Assembly: GCA_963741995.1 (NCBI GenBank)
Contig: CAVUKI010000003.1
Span: forward strand, 220,889 to 284,888
Direction of reading: 5' to 3'
Source of the DNA: an uncultured Acidimicrobiaceae bacterium
Lineage (GTDB): Bacteria > Actinomycetota > Acidimicrobiia > Acidimicrobiales > RAAP-2
DNA length: 64,000 bases
The notes under the pieces were generated by a model. That model was not told the DNA's origin, searched no databases, and saw nothing but the letters and a program-made list of their open reading frames with translations. Both the position numbers and the translations under genes were made by a program. The stretch's first letter is position 1, and each line of letters opens with the position of its first letter. Below, piece after piece: positions 29,859 to 38,556 of the stretch.

Positions 29859-30329
29859 GTGAATGCAATCGACACGGTCGCAGTTGGTTTCGATGGCTCA
29901 AGCGATTCCAGATCCGCTCTCCGTTGGGCGGCCAACCTTGCAGCACAAATTCATGGACGGCTGAAAGTGGTACACGCAATCGGCTTGCTGGAGCACGCTG
30001 GGCTTCTCGGCCGCTCAACTCCACATCAAGCTGCCGCGCTTGAGATCGCTTTCGGAGCCGGAATGCACCCGAGCGCGGTCGAGTGGCTCGTCGTCGACGG
30101 TGACCCTTGCTCTGTCCTCCTTCGAATGATCGGCGAGCCAAATTCGGTTGACCTGATCGTTGTTGGATCTCGCGGGTCCGGGCAGCACTCTGCTTCCCTC
30201 TTGGGGAGTACAAGCCTTGAGCTCGCCGAGCACTCCAGCGTTCCGGTGGTGATCGTCCCCTCGGTGGAGCCGGAAAGGACACTGACCGACATCGCGCATG
30301 GGCGAGGCAAGCCAGCAAATTCTGAATGA
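29859..30329 (+). CDS. universal stress protein
   Basis: GTG start preceded by AAGGGAG. VAVGFDGS N-terminus and VVGSRGSGQHSASLLGSTS ATP-binding motif. Confidence 0.8.
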   Translation: MNAIDTVAVGFDGSSDSRSALRWAANLAAQIHGRLKVVHAIGLLEHAGLLGRSTPHQAAALEIAFGAGMHPSAVEWLVVDGDPCSVLLRMIGEPNSVDLIVVGSRGSGQHSASLLGSTSLELAEHSSVPVVIVPSVEPERTLTDIAHGRGKPANSE

Positions 30330-30472
30330 AGCTCTCGGCTCCAATGTCTCATCGCGGGGCGCTTCGTCTCGACCTACACGTGCGCCAATGTCTCCGGAGG
30401 CCGATCCAGTCCAGGGCCCGTGCCCCGATTCCCTGTGACCCCGCTCAACAGCAGACAAACATCCCATTGGTC

Positions 30473-30486
30473 GGGACCTTGGTCCC
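30473..30486. promoter_or_regulatory. DosR-like box GGGACCTTGGTCCC (perfect palindrome)
   Basis: Lies 122-135 nt upstream of the adh start at 30608, in a 278-nt intergenic region. Confidence 0.6.
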
Positions 30487-30607
30487 TAAGGAATCGGCGC
30501 TCAGATGACTCATACTCTCCTTATGGCGGTGACAAGAACGGAACCGGCATCTGAGATGGCTCCACACCGAGTTTTCACGCAGTAGACCTAGAGGATCGGG
30601 GAACACC

Positions 30608-31648
30608 ATGAAGGCACTTGTATACGACGGACCGGGGCGCAAGGTTTGGGATGACGTCCCGACAGCAACGATTCAGGACAGCACAGATGCCGTCGTGCGC
30701 GTGGACTGCACGACCATCTGCGGAACGGATCTTCACATCCTGAAGGGGGACGTTCCCGAGGTAACCAAGGGTCGCATCCTCGGACATGAAGCAGTCGGAA
30801 CGGTCGAGACCATCGGCTCAGCGGTCACCACAGTGGCGCCTGGCGATCGGGTCCTCGTTTCATGCATCAGCGCCTGTGGGAGATGCCGCTTCTGTCGTGA
30901 GGGTCGCTACGGCCAGTGCCTTGGCGGGGGCGGCTGGATCCTCGGCCACCTCATTGACGGGACTCAAGCTGAGTACGTTCGCGTTCCCTTTGCCGATACC
31001 TCGGTGTACAAAGTGCCGGCGGGAGCGAGCGATGAGGAGATCCTTATGCTCGCCGATATCCTGCCCACGTCGTACGAAGTCGGAGTCCTGAACGGTCGCG
31101 TGCAACCGGGTGACACGGTCGCCGTCGTTGGTGCCGGCCCGATCGGTCTCTCTGCCATTCTCGGAGCCCGGCTCTATTCCCCCAGTCACGTCATCGCTAT
31201 GGACCTTGCGGATACGAGGCTGGAGGCCGCCAAGATCTTCGGCGCGGACCTGATCGTCAACAACGGTCGTGAAGATCCCGTCGCCTTTGTCAAAGAACTT
31301 ACGGGCGGTCTGGGCGTTGATGTCGCAATCGAAGCGGTCGGCGTCCCAGCCAGTTTCGAACTCTGCACCGAACTCGTTCGACCCGGAGGTCACGTCGCCA
31401 ACATCGGCGTCCACGGCGCTTCCGCCACCCTGCACCTGGAGACGTTATGGATACGTGACGTGACTATCACGACGGGGTTGGTCGATACATATTCAACCCC
31501 GACTTTGCTCCGCCTGGTCGCCTCTCACCAGATCGACGCCGGTCGATTCGCCACTCATCACTTTGACCTTGACGACATGATGAGGGCGTACGACGTGTTC
31601 GAGAACGCAGCAGACACTGGAGCCGTCAAAGTTGTTCTGAGCCGGTAG
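30608..31648 (+). CDS. zinc-dependent alcohol dehydrogenase (MDR family)
   Basis: 346 aa. GHEAVG catalytic-zinc motif, structural-zinc Cys cluster CGRCRFCREGRYGQC and VVGAGPIGL. Confidence 0.85.
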   Translation: MKALVYDGPGRKVWDDVPTATIQDSTDAVVRVDCTTICGTDLHILKGDVPEVTKGRILGHEAVGTVETIGSAVTTVAPGDRVLVSCISACGRCRFCREGRYGQCLGGGGWILGHLIDGTQAEYVRVPFADTSVYKVPAGASDEEILMLADILPTSYEVGVLNGRVQPGDTVAVVGAGPIGLSAILGARLYSPSHVIAMDLADTRLEAAKIFGADLIVNNGREDPVAFVKELTGGLGVDVAIEAVGVPASFELCTELVRPGGHVANIGVHGASATLHLETLWIRDVTITTGLVDTYSTPTLLRLVASHQIDAGRFATHHFDLDDMMRAYDVFENAADTGAVKVVLSR

Positions 31649-31657
31649 AGCCGGCTC
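31639..31657. terminator. stem-loop overlapping the adh stop codon
   Basis: GAGCCGG-TAGAG-CCGGCTC, a 7-bp stem between convergent adh and ackA. No U-tract. Confidence 0.3.
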
Positions 31658-31760
31658 ATGATCCCCCTTATCCAGTAGTCGACCAAAGGCGTTGCCGCAG
31701 GACCTCCAAGCGGGAGGTGCGTTCGTCAGCAAGGTTGAGTATGGCGTTCGTCTCGGCGAA

Positions 31761-32864
31761 TCAGATCTGTGAGTTCAATGCTGCACGGCAGCCGGCCGCC
31801 ACGACAAGTTCCTCACGCGCGTGTAGTACAAGCGTCCTGGTCCTCGCACCATCTCGGCTGATGTCGACGTCATCGGGCCCCACGGCGGAGTTCGCAACGG
31901 CGTCGACAGAAATACCGATCCATTCGAGGTGTTGGCACACACTGGCCCGTATTTCACTCGCGTGCTCGCCAACGCCCGCCGTAAAGACCAAGGCGTCCGT
32001 CCCGTCCGTAGCGGCGGTCATTGCAGCGATCTTCGCTCGAAGGCGATGAACATAGACATCCACCGCCAAAATGGCTGCCCGGTCGCCTCGCGCCCGACGC
32101 TGAAGCAGCTCACGCATGTCGCCCGTCTGGCCACCTGAGAGGGCGAGGAGACCGCTACGCCGCTCGAGAGCATCGGCAAGTTCGTCTGGTGCAACGCCAT
32201 GGGTCGTAAGCCACGCAATCGCCCCCGGGTCTACGTCGCCGGGGCGCGTCGCCATCACAAGTCCCTCGGTCGGCGTGAACCCCATGGTGGTGTCAACAGA
32301 GCGACCACCTGCCGTAGCAGACACAGACGCACCGCCCCCTAAGTGGCAAATCACAAGTCTGAGCGAATCTGCGGGACGATCCAGTAGCGCTGCAGCGCGA
32401 CCAGCCGACCACTCGCAACTCAGCCCGTGGAAGCCGTAGCGACGCAAGCGCCATCTCTCGACCCATGCAGTAGGGAGAGCGTAGGTCGAGGCAGCGGGCG
32501 TGAGCGTGGCATGGAACGCAGTGTCGAAGCAAGCAATCTCCGGCAGGTCTGGCGAGAGACGACGCAAGGCGTCGATGGCGGCCAGTGCCGGAGGGTTGTG
32601 GAGCGGCGCCAACTCGTTCAGCTCGTCGAGCTCGGCTCGGATCGAGGTATCGATCACGGTGGGACGGGTGAACCGTGTTCCTCCGTGGACGACCCGGTGA
32701 CCAATGGCGTCGAGCGGTCCGACAGAGGCGAAGAAGCGACGCAAGTCATACTCCAGCGATCCGCCTGGCGGGTCGAGGTCGACGGACTGGGTCACGCGAT
32801 CGTCACCTTCGACGACACGGAGCTTGAGACTCGTCGATCCCGCGTTCACGACGAGTATCCGCAC
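31761..32864 (-). CDS. ackA: acetate kinase
   Basis: 367 aa. N-terminus MRILVVNAGSTSLK and a conserved acetate/propionate kinase core (HRVVHGG, GFHGLS). Confidence 0.9.
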   Translation of the reverse strand: MRILVVNAGSTSLKLRVVEGDDRVTQSVDLDPPGGSLEYDLRRFFASVGPLDAIGHRVVHGGTRFTRPTVIDTSIRAELDELNELAPLHNPPALAAIDALRRLSPDLPEIACFDTAFHATLTPAASTYALPTAWVERWRLRRYGFHGLSCEWSAGRAAALLDRPADSLRLVICHLGGGASVSATAGGRSVDTTMGFTPTEGLVMATRPGDVDPGAIAWLTTHGVAPDELADALERRSGLLALSGGQTGDMRELLQRRARGDRAAILAVDVYVHRLRAKIAAMTAATDGTDALVFTAGVGEHASEIRASVCQHLEWIGISVDAVANSAVGPDDVDISRDGARTRTLVLHAREELVVAAGCRAALNSQI

Positions 32865-32932
32865 TCCACGGTTCTAGCGGATCTTGAACGCGTAGGCTCC
32901 GTGCCGTCGTCCCCCGTACCAAAGGAGTTCGC

Positions 32933-35404
32933 ATGAACGTTCCTCTCACGACCTCCGAGGACACGTCACCAGACGATGATTCGAACGGCAACGGAATGAC
33001 CATTGCCCCGACCGGATACCACCTGGACGACGCCCAGGGACCCTTGGATTCCGAGGAGCTTCGCATGCTCGACGCCTGGTGGCGAGCCGCGAACTACCTC
33101 TCGGTCGGTCAGATCTATCTGATGGACAACCCCCTCCTTCGCCGGCCACTTGTGGCTGAGGACGTGAAGCCGAGGTTGCTCGGACATTGGGGCACGACCC
33201 CTGGTTTGAACCTTGTGTACGCGCACGCCAATCGGGTTATTCGTCGACGTGATCTGAATGCCTGCTACGTGATGGGTCCCGGCCACGGCGGTCCGGGACC
33301 CAATGCCTGTGCCTGGCTCGAGGGCACCTACACCGAGCGCTACCCATCGATCCCCCGGGATGCAGTGGGTATGCAGCGTCTGTTCCGGCAGTTTTCCTTC
33401 CCTGGCGGAGTTCCGTCGCACGTCGCGCCGAATACGCCGGGCTCGTTTCACGAGGGAGGCGAACTCGGATACTCACTGCTCCACGCCTACGGAGCGGCCC
33501 TTGACCACCCCGACCTCACGGTGTTTTGCGTCGTCGGTGACGGCGAAGCTGAGACCGGAGCGCTGGCGGCGAGCTGGCACGCGAACAAGTTCATCAACCC
33601 GGATCGTGATGGCACGGTCCTTCCAATCCTGCACCTCAATGGCTACAAGATCGCCAACCCGACGCTGCTGGCTCGTATCCCGCACGAGGATCTGCATCAG
33701 CTCCTGCGTGGCTACGGGTACGACCCGCGCGAAGTGACGATCGACCTCACCACCAACCCGGCCGATGCTCACCAGTCGCTGGCGAGCGTGCTCGACGGAT
33801 GCCTTGATGACATCGATCAGATACACGCGGCGGCCAAGACCGGTGGTGGAGGGCTCCCGAGATGGCCGGTGATCGTGCTTCGTTCTCCCAAAGGCTGGAC
33901 GGGACCGCCCCTGGTTGACGGTAAACGGGTTGAGGGCACCTTCCGAGCTCACCAGGTCCCGATTCCGTCCGCCCGGACCGACTCTGCTCACAGGGAAGCC
34001 GTGGAGAACTGGATGAGGTCCTACCGGCCGGAAGATCTCTTCAACGACGACGGGAGTCCGATCGAGGAGCTTCTCGCCTTTCCTCCGAAGGGCGAGCGAC
34101 GCATGAGCGACAATCCCGTCGCCAACGGAGGTCTGCTGACTGTCGACCTTGAGCTTCCCGACTTTCGCAACTATGCCGTCGATGTCGAGCGGCCTGGGAC
34201 CACCCAAAACGAAGCCACACGAGTTCTTGGCACCTGGCTGCGCGACGTCATCTCGGCCAATCCGCGAGATTTCCTCTTGTTCGGGCCCGACGAAGTGGTA
34301 TCGAACCGATTGAGCAGCGTGTTCGACGTCACCGATCGAAAGTGGATGGCCGAGACCGTCCCGGGCGATGATCACCTGAGTCAAGAGGGTCGAGTCATCG
34401 AGGTGCTGTCCGAGCATCTCTGCGAGGGTCTGCTCGAGGGCTATCTGTTAACGGGGCGCCACGGGCTCTTCACCTGCTACGAGGCGTTCATACACATCAT
34501 TGACTCCATGTTCAACCAGCACGCCAAGTGGCTCGAGACCGCATCGAGGATTCCGTGGCGACGATCCGTACCCTCGTTGAATTACTTGCTGAGCTCGCAT
34601 GTCTGGCGCCAAGACAACAACGGCTTGACGCACCAAGACCCCGGATTTCTCAGCGTCGTGATCAACAAGAAGCCGGATGTCGTGCGCATCTACCTACCGC
34701 CCGACGCGAACTGCCTCCTTTCTGTAGCGGATCACTGCCTCCGGAGCCGCCAGTACGTCAATGTCATCGTCTCGGGCAAACAGCCCGCACTCGATTACCT
34801 CACCATTGACCAGGCGGTGGCGCACTGCACCCGCGGGATCGGGGTGTGGGACTGGGCGTCCACCGAGGCGGAGGACGATGAACCCGATGTCGTGCTCGCG
34901 TGTGCTGGTGACGTACCGACGTTGGAATCGCTCGCCGCCGCCGACCTCATCCGCCAGCACCTACCCGAAATCAAGGTGCGCTTTGTGAACGTCGTCGACA
35001 TGATGCGGCTCCTACCTGACTCGATCCATCCCCATGGTCTTCCCGATCCCGAGTTCAACGCTCTCTTTACGGCGGATCGTCCGGTGATCTTTGCGTGGCA
35101 TGGCTACCCGGCAACGATTCACCGGTTGACCTATCGGCGTGACAACCACGCGAATTTCCATGTTCGGGGCTATAGGGAGGAGGGCACCACGACGACGCCG
35201 TTCGACATGGTGATGATGAACAACCTTGATCGCTACCATCTGGTAACTGACGTGATCGACCGAGTTCCCGGTCTTGCCGCCAGGGCCGCCAGCACGCGTC
35301 AGGTCATGATCGACAGTCGCAACGAAGCCAAGGGGTGGACGCGCACTCATGGTGACGATTCCCCCGAAGTGGCGGAATGGGTCTGGCCGCACGGGCGGGG
35401 ATGA
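32933..35404 (+). CDS. xfp: xylulose-5-phosphate/fructose-6-phosphate phosphoketolase
   Basis: 823 aa. Phosphoketolase signatures GPGHGGPG and [17 protein letters not shown] Shine-Dalgarno. Divergent from ackA. Confidence 0.9.
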   Translation: MNVPLTTSEDTSPDDDSNGNGMTIAPTGYHLDDAQGPLDSEELRMLDAWWRAANYLSVGQIYLMDNPLLRRPLVAEDVKPRLLGHWGTTPGLNLVYAHANRVIRRRDLNACYVMGPGHGGPGPNACAWLEGTYTERYPSIPRDAVGMQRLFRQFSFPGGVPSHVAPNTPGSFHEGGELGYSLLHAYGAALDHPDLTVFCVVGDGEAETGALAASWHANKFINPDRDGTVLPILHLNGYKIANPTLLARIPHEDLHQLLRGYGYDPREVTIDLTTNPADAHQSLASVLDGCLDDIDQIHAAAKTGGGGLPRWPVIVLRSPKGWTGPPLVDGKRVEGTFRAHQVPIPSARTDSAHREAVENWMRSYRPEDLFNDDGSPIEELLAFPPKGERRMSDNPVANGGLLTVDLELPDFRNYAVDVERPGTTQNEATRVLGTWLRDVISANPRDFLLFGPDEVVSNRLSSVFDVTDRKWMAETVPGDDHLSQEGRVIEVLSEHLCEGLLEGYLLTGRHGLFTCYEAFIHIIDSMFNQHAKWLETASRIPWRRSVPSLNYLLSSHVWRQDNNGLTHQDPGFLSVVINKKPDVVRIYLPPDANCLLSVADHCLRSRQYVNVIVSGKQPALDYLTIDQAVAHCTRGIGVWDWASTEAEDDEPDVVLACAGDVPTLESLAAADLIRQHLPEIKVRFVNVVDMMRLLPDSIHPHGLPDPEFNALFTADRPVIFAWHGYPATIHRLTYRRDNHANFHVRGYREEGTTTTPFDMVMMNNLDRYHLVTDVIDRVPGLAARAASTRQVMIDSRNEAKGWTRTHGDDSPEVAEWVWPHGRG

Positions 35405-35466
35405 CGGACGGTCCAGGCCCACCTCCACTACGGGGGACCTCCCTTCGTCCTTTGGGCCCGGACGCG

Positions 35467-35497
35467 CAACACCGGCCCGCTTGGCGGGCCGGTGTTG
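35467..35497. terminator. bidirectional stem-loop (copy B of 10670..10700)
   Basis: Same perfect 14-bp stem, lying between the xfp stop and the membrane-protein stop. Confidence 0.6.
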
Positions 35498-35522
35498 GCT
35501 CCTCACTGGGAAGGGTTGCGGG

Positions 35523-36143
35523 TTAAGCGGTGACGAGCGTCCCCTTTGGGGTGTGGCTGGGGAGAAGCTCTTCGCTGTCGTCGGTCCGCCGGGCGTGGGC
35601 GAAGCCGAGGCCGAGGCCGACCAACACTGCCATGATGCCAGCGAGGCAGAAGGCTCCAATCGCACACCACAAGGCGATGTCGGCGATCAGGCTGTACCCG
35701 TAGGCCTCGAGAAGCAGACCTCGAAGCGTCGTGCCCTGGAAGACCGTCTGGACCTTGGCCTCTGCGGCCGTGTAGGCCGGCGAACCCTTGGGCAGGGCCA
35801 TCGCCGCCGCGCTCAGCTCGGAGTAGGTCTTGCCGCCACCGATCTCACCGAGATGCACGTTGATGAAGTCGTTGGCGTAGACCTGGGCCTGCTGACCCGT
35901 GACGAGCTGCTGCCCGGCGTACTGCGAGACCGAGGGGATCATCGACTTGGTGATCTCTTGTCCGTCAGGGTGGGCGAACGCCGCCGCCGAGGGAAACGTG
36001 ATCTGCTGCTCAGCGAGCTGGGTGTGCACGTAGTTGTTGGCGAAGCTGTAGCCGAACATCAGCAAGGCGCCGGCCACAGCCAGCACGATCACCACGACCA
36101 CTCCACCGACACTGGCCACCTTGTCGAAAACGTTGCGTCGCAT
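35523..36143 (-). CDS. hypothetical membrane protein (2 TM), repeat copy B
   Basis: Identical to 10726..11340 except for a Gly-Leu insertion in the C-terminal TM. Confidence 0.7.
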   Translation of the reverse strand: MRRNVFDKVASVGGVVVVIVLAVAGALLMFGYSFANNYVHTQLAEQQITFPSAAAFAHPDGQEITKSMIPSVSQYAGQQLVTGQQAQVYANDFINVHLGEIGGGKTYSELSAAAMALPKGSPAYTAAEAKVQTVFQGTTLRGLLLEAYGYSLIADIALWCAIGAFCLAGIMAVLVGLGLGFAHARRTDDSEELLPSHTPKGTLVTA

Positions 36144-36244
36144 CTGTCGGTCTCCTTGTTCGTGATCCCTCCCAGTGAGGAGATCTGTTCCCATCGTCGC
36201 TGCCCGCGGCCTCGCTGAGATGAGCGCAAAGGTCCTTTGGGCTA

Positions 36245-36258
36245 GGGAGGAAGGTCCC
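36245..36258. promoter_or_regulatory. DosR-like box GGGAGGAAGGTCCC (copy B)
   Basis: Same position within the repeat as 11442..11455. Confidence 0.5.
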
Positions 36259-36342
36259 GTGCGTCACCTGCTCCAGGGATCCAGGCCTGAATGGGACGAT
36301 CTTCCCTAGCTGGCGCCCTTCGACGACGTACAGACTGGAGAC

Positions 36343-36675
36343 GTGAGCATGTACGTCACGCTTCTCTCGGGCGCCTTGGACCTCTGGGACACAGACCTCG
36401 ACGACGACGCTCTGCTCGACTACGTCCGCGAGTGCCGGGCCTCGCTGCCCGCCCACGACCTCGGGGCAGGGGTCTGGTCGGAGACGGCCGTGGTGGCCGA
36501 GATTTCCTACGACCGCTCGCTCGTCTGCCTGGCTGCTCGCCGCGGTATTGACGTGACGCCGGAGAACTTCGTCCATCCCAAGATCGAGCGGGAACGCCTG
36601 GAGTTCGAGCTCTTCCGTCTCGGTGTTCACCTCGCAGGCGCGACGAGCGCCCCGATCGACCCCGAAGACCCTTAG
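36343..36675 (+). CDS. hypothetical acidic 110-aa protein, repeat copy B
   Basis: Identical to 11540..11872. The stop overlaps the RR stop by 4 nt on the opposite strand. Confidence 0.55.
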   Translation: MSMYVTLLSGALDLWDTDLDDDALLDYVRECRASLPAHDLGAGVWSETAVVAEISYDRSLVCLAARRGIDVTPENFVHPKIERERLEFELFRLGVHLAGATSAPIDPEDP

Positions 36676-37310
36676 CCCTGCCCTTTCAGTTTGGTCGCGA
36701 AGATGGCCGCCTCGGTCCGACTCGTGAGCTTGAGCTTGCGCAACAAGCTCGTGATGTAGTTCTTCACCGTGTTCTCCGAGAGGAACATCGCCTCGGCGAT
36801 CTGTTTGTTGGTCTTGCCGTCCGAGATGAGCTCCAAGATGCGCGCTTCTTGGGGCGAGAGGGCCGACATGGACGGGTCGGCCGCTGGTGGATTGGCGATC
36901 CGCTCGACCACCCGTGCCACGGCCCTCGGATCCATCAGCGACACACCTGTCGCGACCTTCTTCACGTCCTCGATCAGATCGCGTGCCCTGATCTGCTTGA
37001 GGACGTAACCGGCCGCCCCGGCCATCACGCTGGCGTACATGGCCTCGTCGTCGGCGAAACTCGTGAGCATCAGGCACACCAGCCCGGGCATGGCCGAGCG
37101 CAGGTCACGGCACACCTCGATGCCGTTCCCGTCTTCGAGGCGGACGTCCAGAATGGCGACATCGGGCTTGGCCAAGGGCACCCGTACAAGCGCCTCGGCG
37201 CCGGTGGAGGCCTCCCCGACGACTTCGATCTCCTCGTCGCTCTCGAGGAGACCCCGGATACCTTCACGTACGAGTTCATGGTCATCCAGCAGGAAAACGC
37301 GCACTGTCAC
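36672..37310 (-). CDS. DosR/DevR-like NarL-family response regulator (kinase-linked copy)
   Basis: 212 aa, roughly three quarters identical by eye to 12339..13001. REC domain plus LuxR HTH. Divergent from the GAF kinase. Confidence 0.85.
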   Translation of the reverse strand: MTVRVFLLDDHELVREGIRGLLESDEEIEVVGEASTGAEALVRVPLAKPDVAILDVRLEDGNGIEVCRDLRSAMPGLVCLMLTSFADDEAMYASVMAGAAGYVLKQIRARDLIEDVKKVATGVSLMDPRAVARVVERIANPPAADPSMSALSPQEARILELISDGKTNKQIAEAMFLSENTVKNYITSLLRKLKLTSRTEAAIFATKLKGQG

Positions 37311-37378
37311 CCAGCCATTCTGCCAGCACCCCTTGCGGACGGGCGAAGCCCCTGCGCGCCGGGGATACGATCCACCTC

Positions 37379-38506
37379 GTGCCCTACACGCGGGTGAACG
37401 ACCCCGAGAAGCTCCGGCGTCTGATGGCGGCGGTCCTCATGATCACCGCAAACGTCGAGTTGGCCGATCTGCTCTCTCACCTGGTCGAGGAGGCCAGGTC
37501 CCTCGTCGGCGCCCGCTACGCCGCCCTCGGGGTACTCAACCCGACCCGCACCGGACTCGAGCGATTCATCACCGTCGGGCTCAGCGAAGCTGAAGAAGAG
37601 TTGATCGGGGATCGCCCGACTGGCCGGGGTGTGCTGGGGCTCCTGATCACGGAACCCGAGGCCCTGCGACTCGATCACCTCGAAGACCATCCTGGGCGCT
37701 ACGGGTTTCCTCCTGGCCACCCGCCGATGACCTCGTTCTTGGGGCTGCCGGTGCGCGTCCGAGACGACATCTACGGCAATCTGTACCTGACCGACAAGCA
37801 GGGTGCAACAGGGTTCAGCGACGAAGACGAGGCGCTGGCCGAGGCCCTCGCACTCGCGGCCGGCATCGCCATCGAGAACACCCGGCTCCATGACCGGGTC
37901 CGCGTCATGAGCGTGCTCGATGATCGGGACCGAATCGCTCGCGACTTTCACGACCGAGTCATCCAGCGCATCTATGCCGTGGGCATGAGCCTCCAAGGCG
38001 CCATGAGAATTCCTGAGCGGGATCTGGTCGTCGAGCGAGTCTCCCGATCGGTCGACGAGCTTGACGAGACCATCACCCAGATCCGTTCGACCATCTTTGA
38101 GCTCGGAGACGCCGCGCTGCCTGGTGGGCTGCGTCAGGCCGTCTTGCATCTCTCAGAGGAACTGGAGTCGACTCTCGGGTCCCGACCCGAAGTCCGCTTC
38201 GAGGGCGCCGTGGATAACGCGGTGCCGCAACACATCGGCGACCATGCACTTGCCGTTGTGCGAGAAGGCCTCACAAATGCCGGCAAGCATTCGGGTGCTA
38301 CGACCTACGTAGTGACGCTGGTGGTGAGCGATCGCTTGGTTCTCAACATCGAGGACAACGGAAGCGGCATCGAGCTCCCACTGGTGCGACCGGGACTCGG
38401 GTTGATCAACATCCGCGAGCGGGCGGAGAAGCTGGATGGGACGTTCGAGGTCCATCCGGGGGACGGAGGCGGAACCCGCCTGGTCTGGGCAGTTCCGCTC
38501 GGGTGA
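37379..38506 (+). CDS. GAF-domain sensor histidine kinase (HisKA_3/HATPase), DevS/DosT-like with a single GAF
   Basis: 375 aa. GAF segment GFPPGHPPMTSFLGLPVRVRDDIYGNLYLTDK, H-box RDRIARDFHDRVIQ and an ATPase domain (NAGKH..DNGSGI..GLGL). Confidence 0.8.
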   Translation: MPYTRVNDPEKLRRLMAAVLMITANVELADLLSHLVEEARSLVGARYAALGVLNPTRTGLERFITVGLSEAEEELIGDRPTGRGVLGLLITEPEALRLDHLEDHPGRYGFPPGHPPMTSFLGLPVRVRDDIYGNLYLTDKQGATGFSDEDEALAEALALAAGIAIENTRLHDRVRVMSVLDDRDRIARDFHDRVIQRIYAVGMSLQGAMRIPERDLVVERVSRSVDELDETITQIRSTIFELGDAALPGGLRQAVLHLSEELESTLGSRPEVRFEGAVDNAVPQHIGDHALAVVREGLTNAGKHSGATTYVVTLVVSDRLVLNIEDNGSGIELPLVRPGLGLINIRERAEKLDGTFEVHPGDGGGTRLVWAVPLG

Positions 38507-38556
38507 CGATGTCGAGTTGCTTTCGATCGTGCGACCGAGTCGTTCAAATCGGGTGG

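Larger units (their letters stand above)
35445..36689. repeat. 1.24-kb direct repeat, copy B (probable donor copy)
   Basis: Collinear with 10648..11886 and carries one extra GAGGCC unit (35607-35618). The right end runs into the 3' end of RR gene 36672..37310. Confidence 0.9.
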
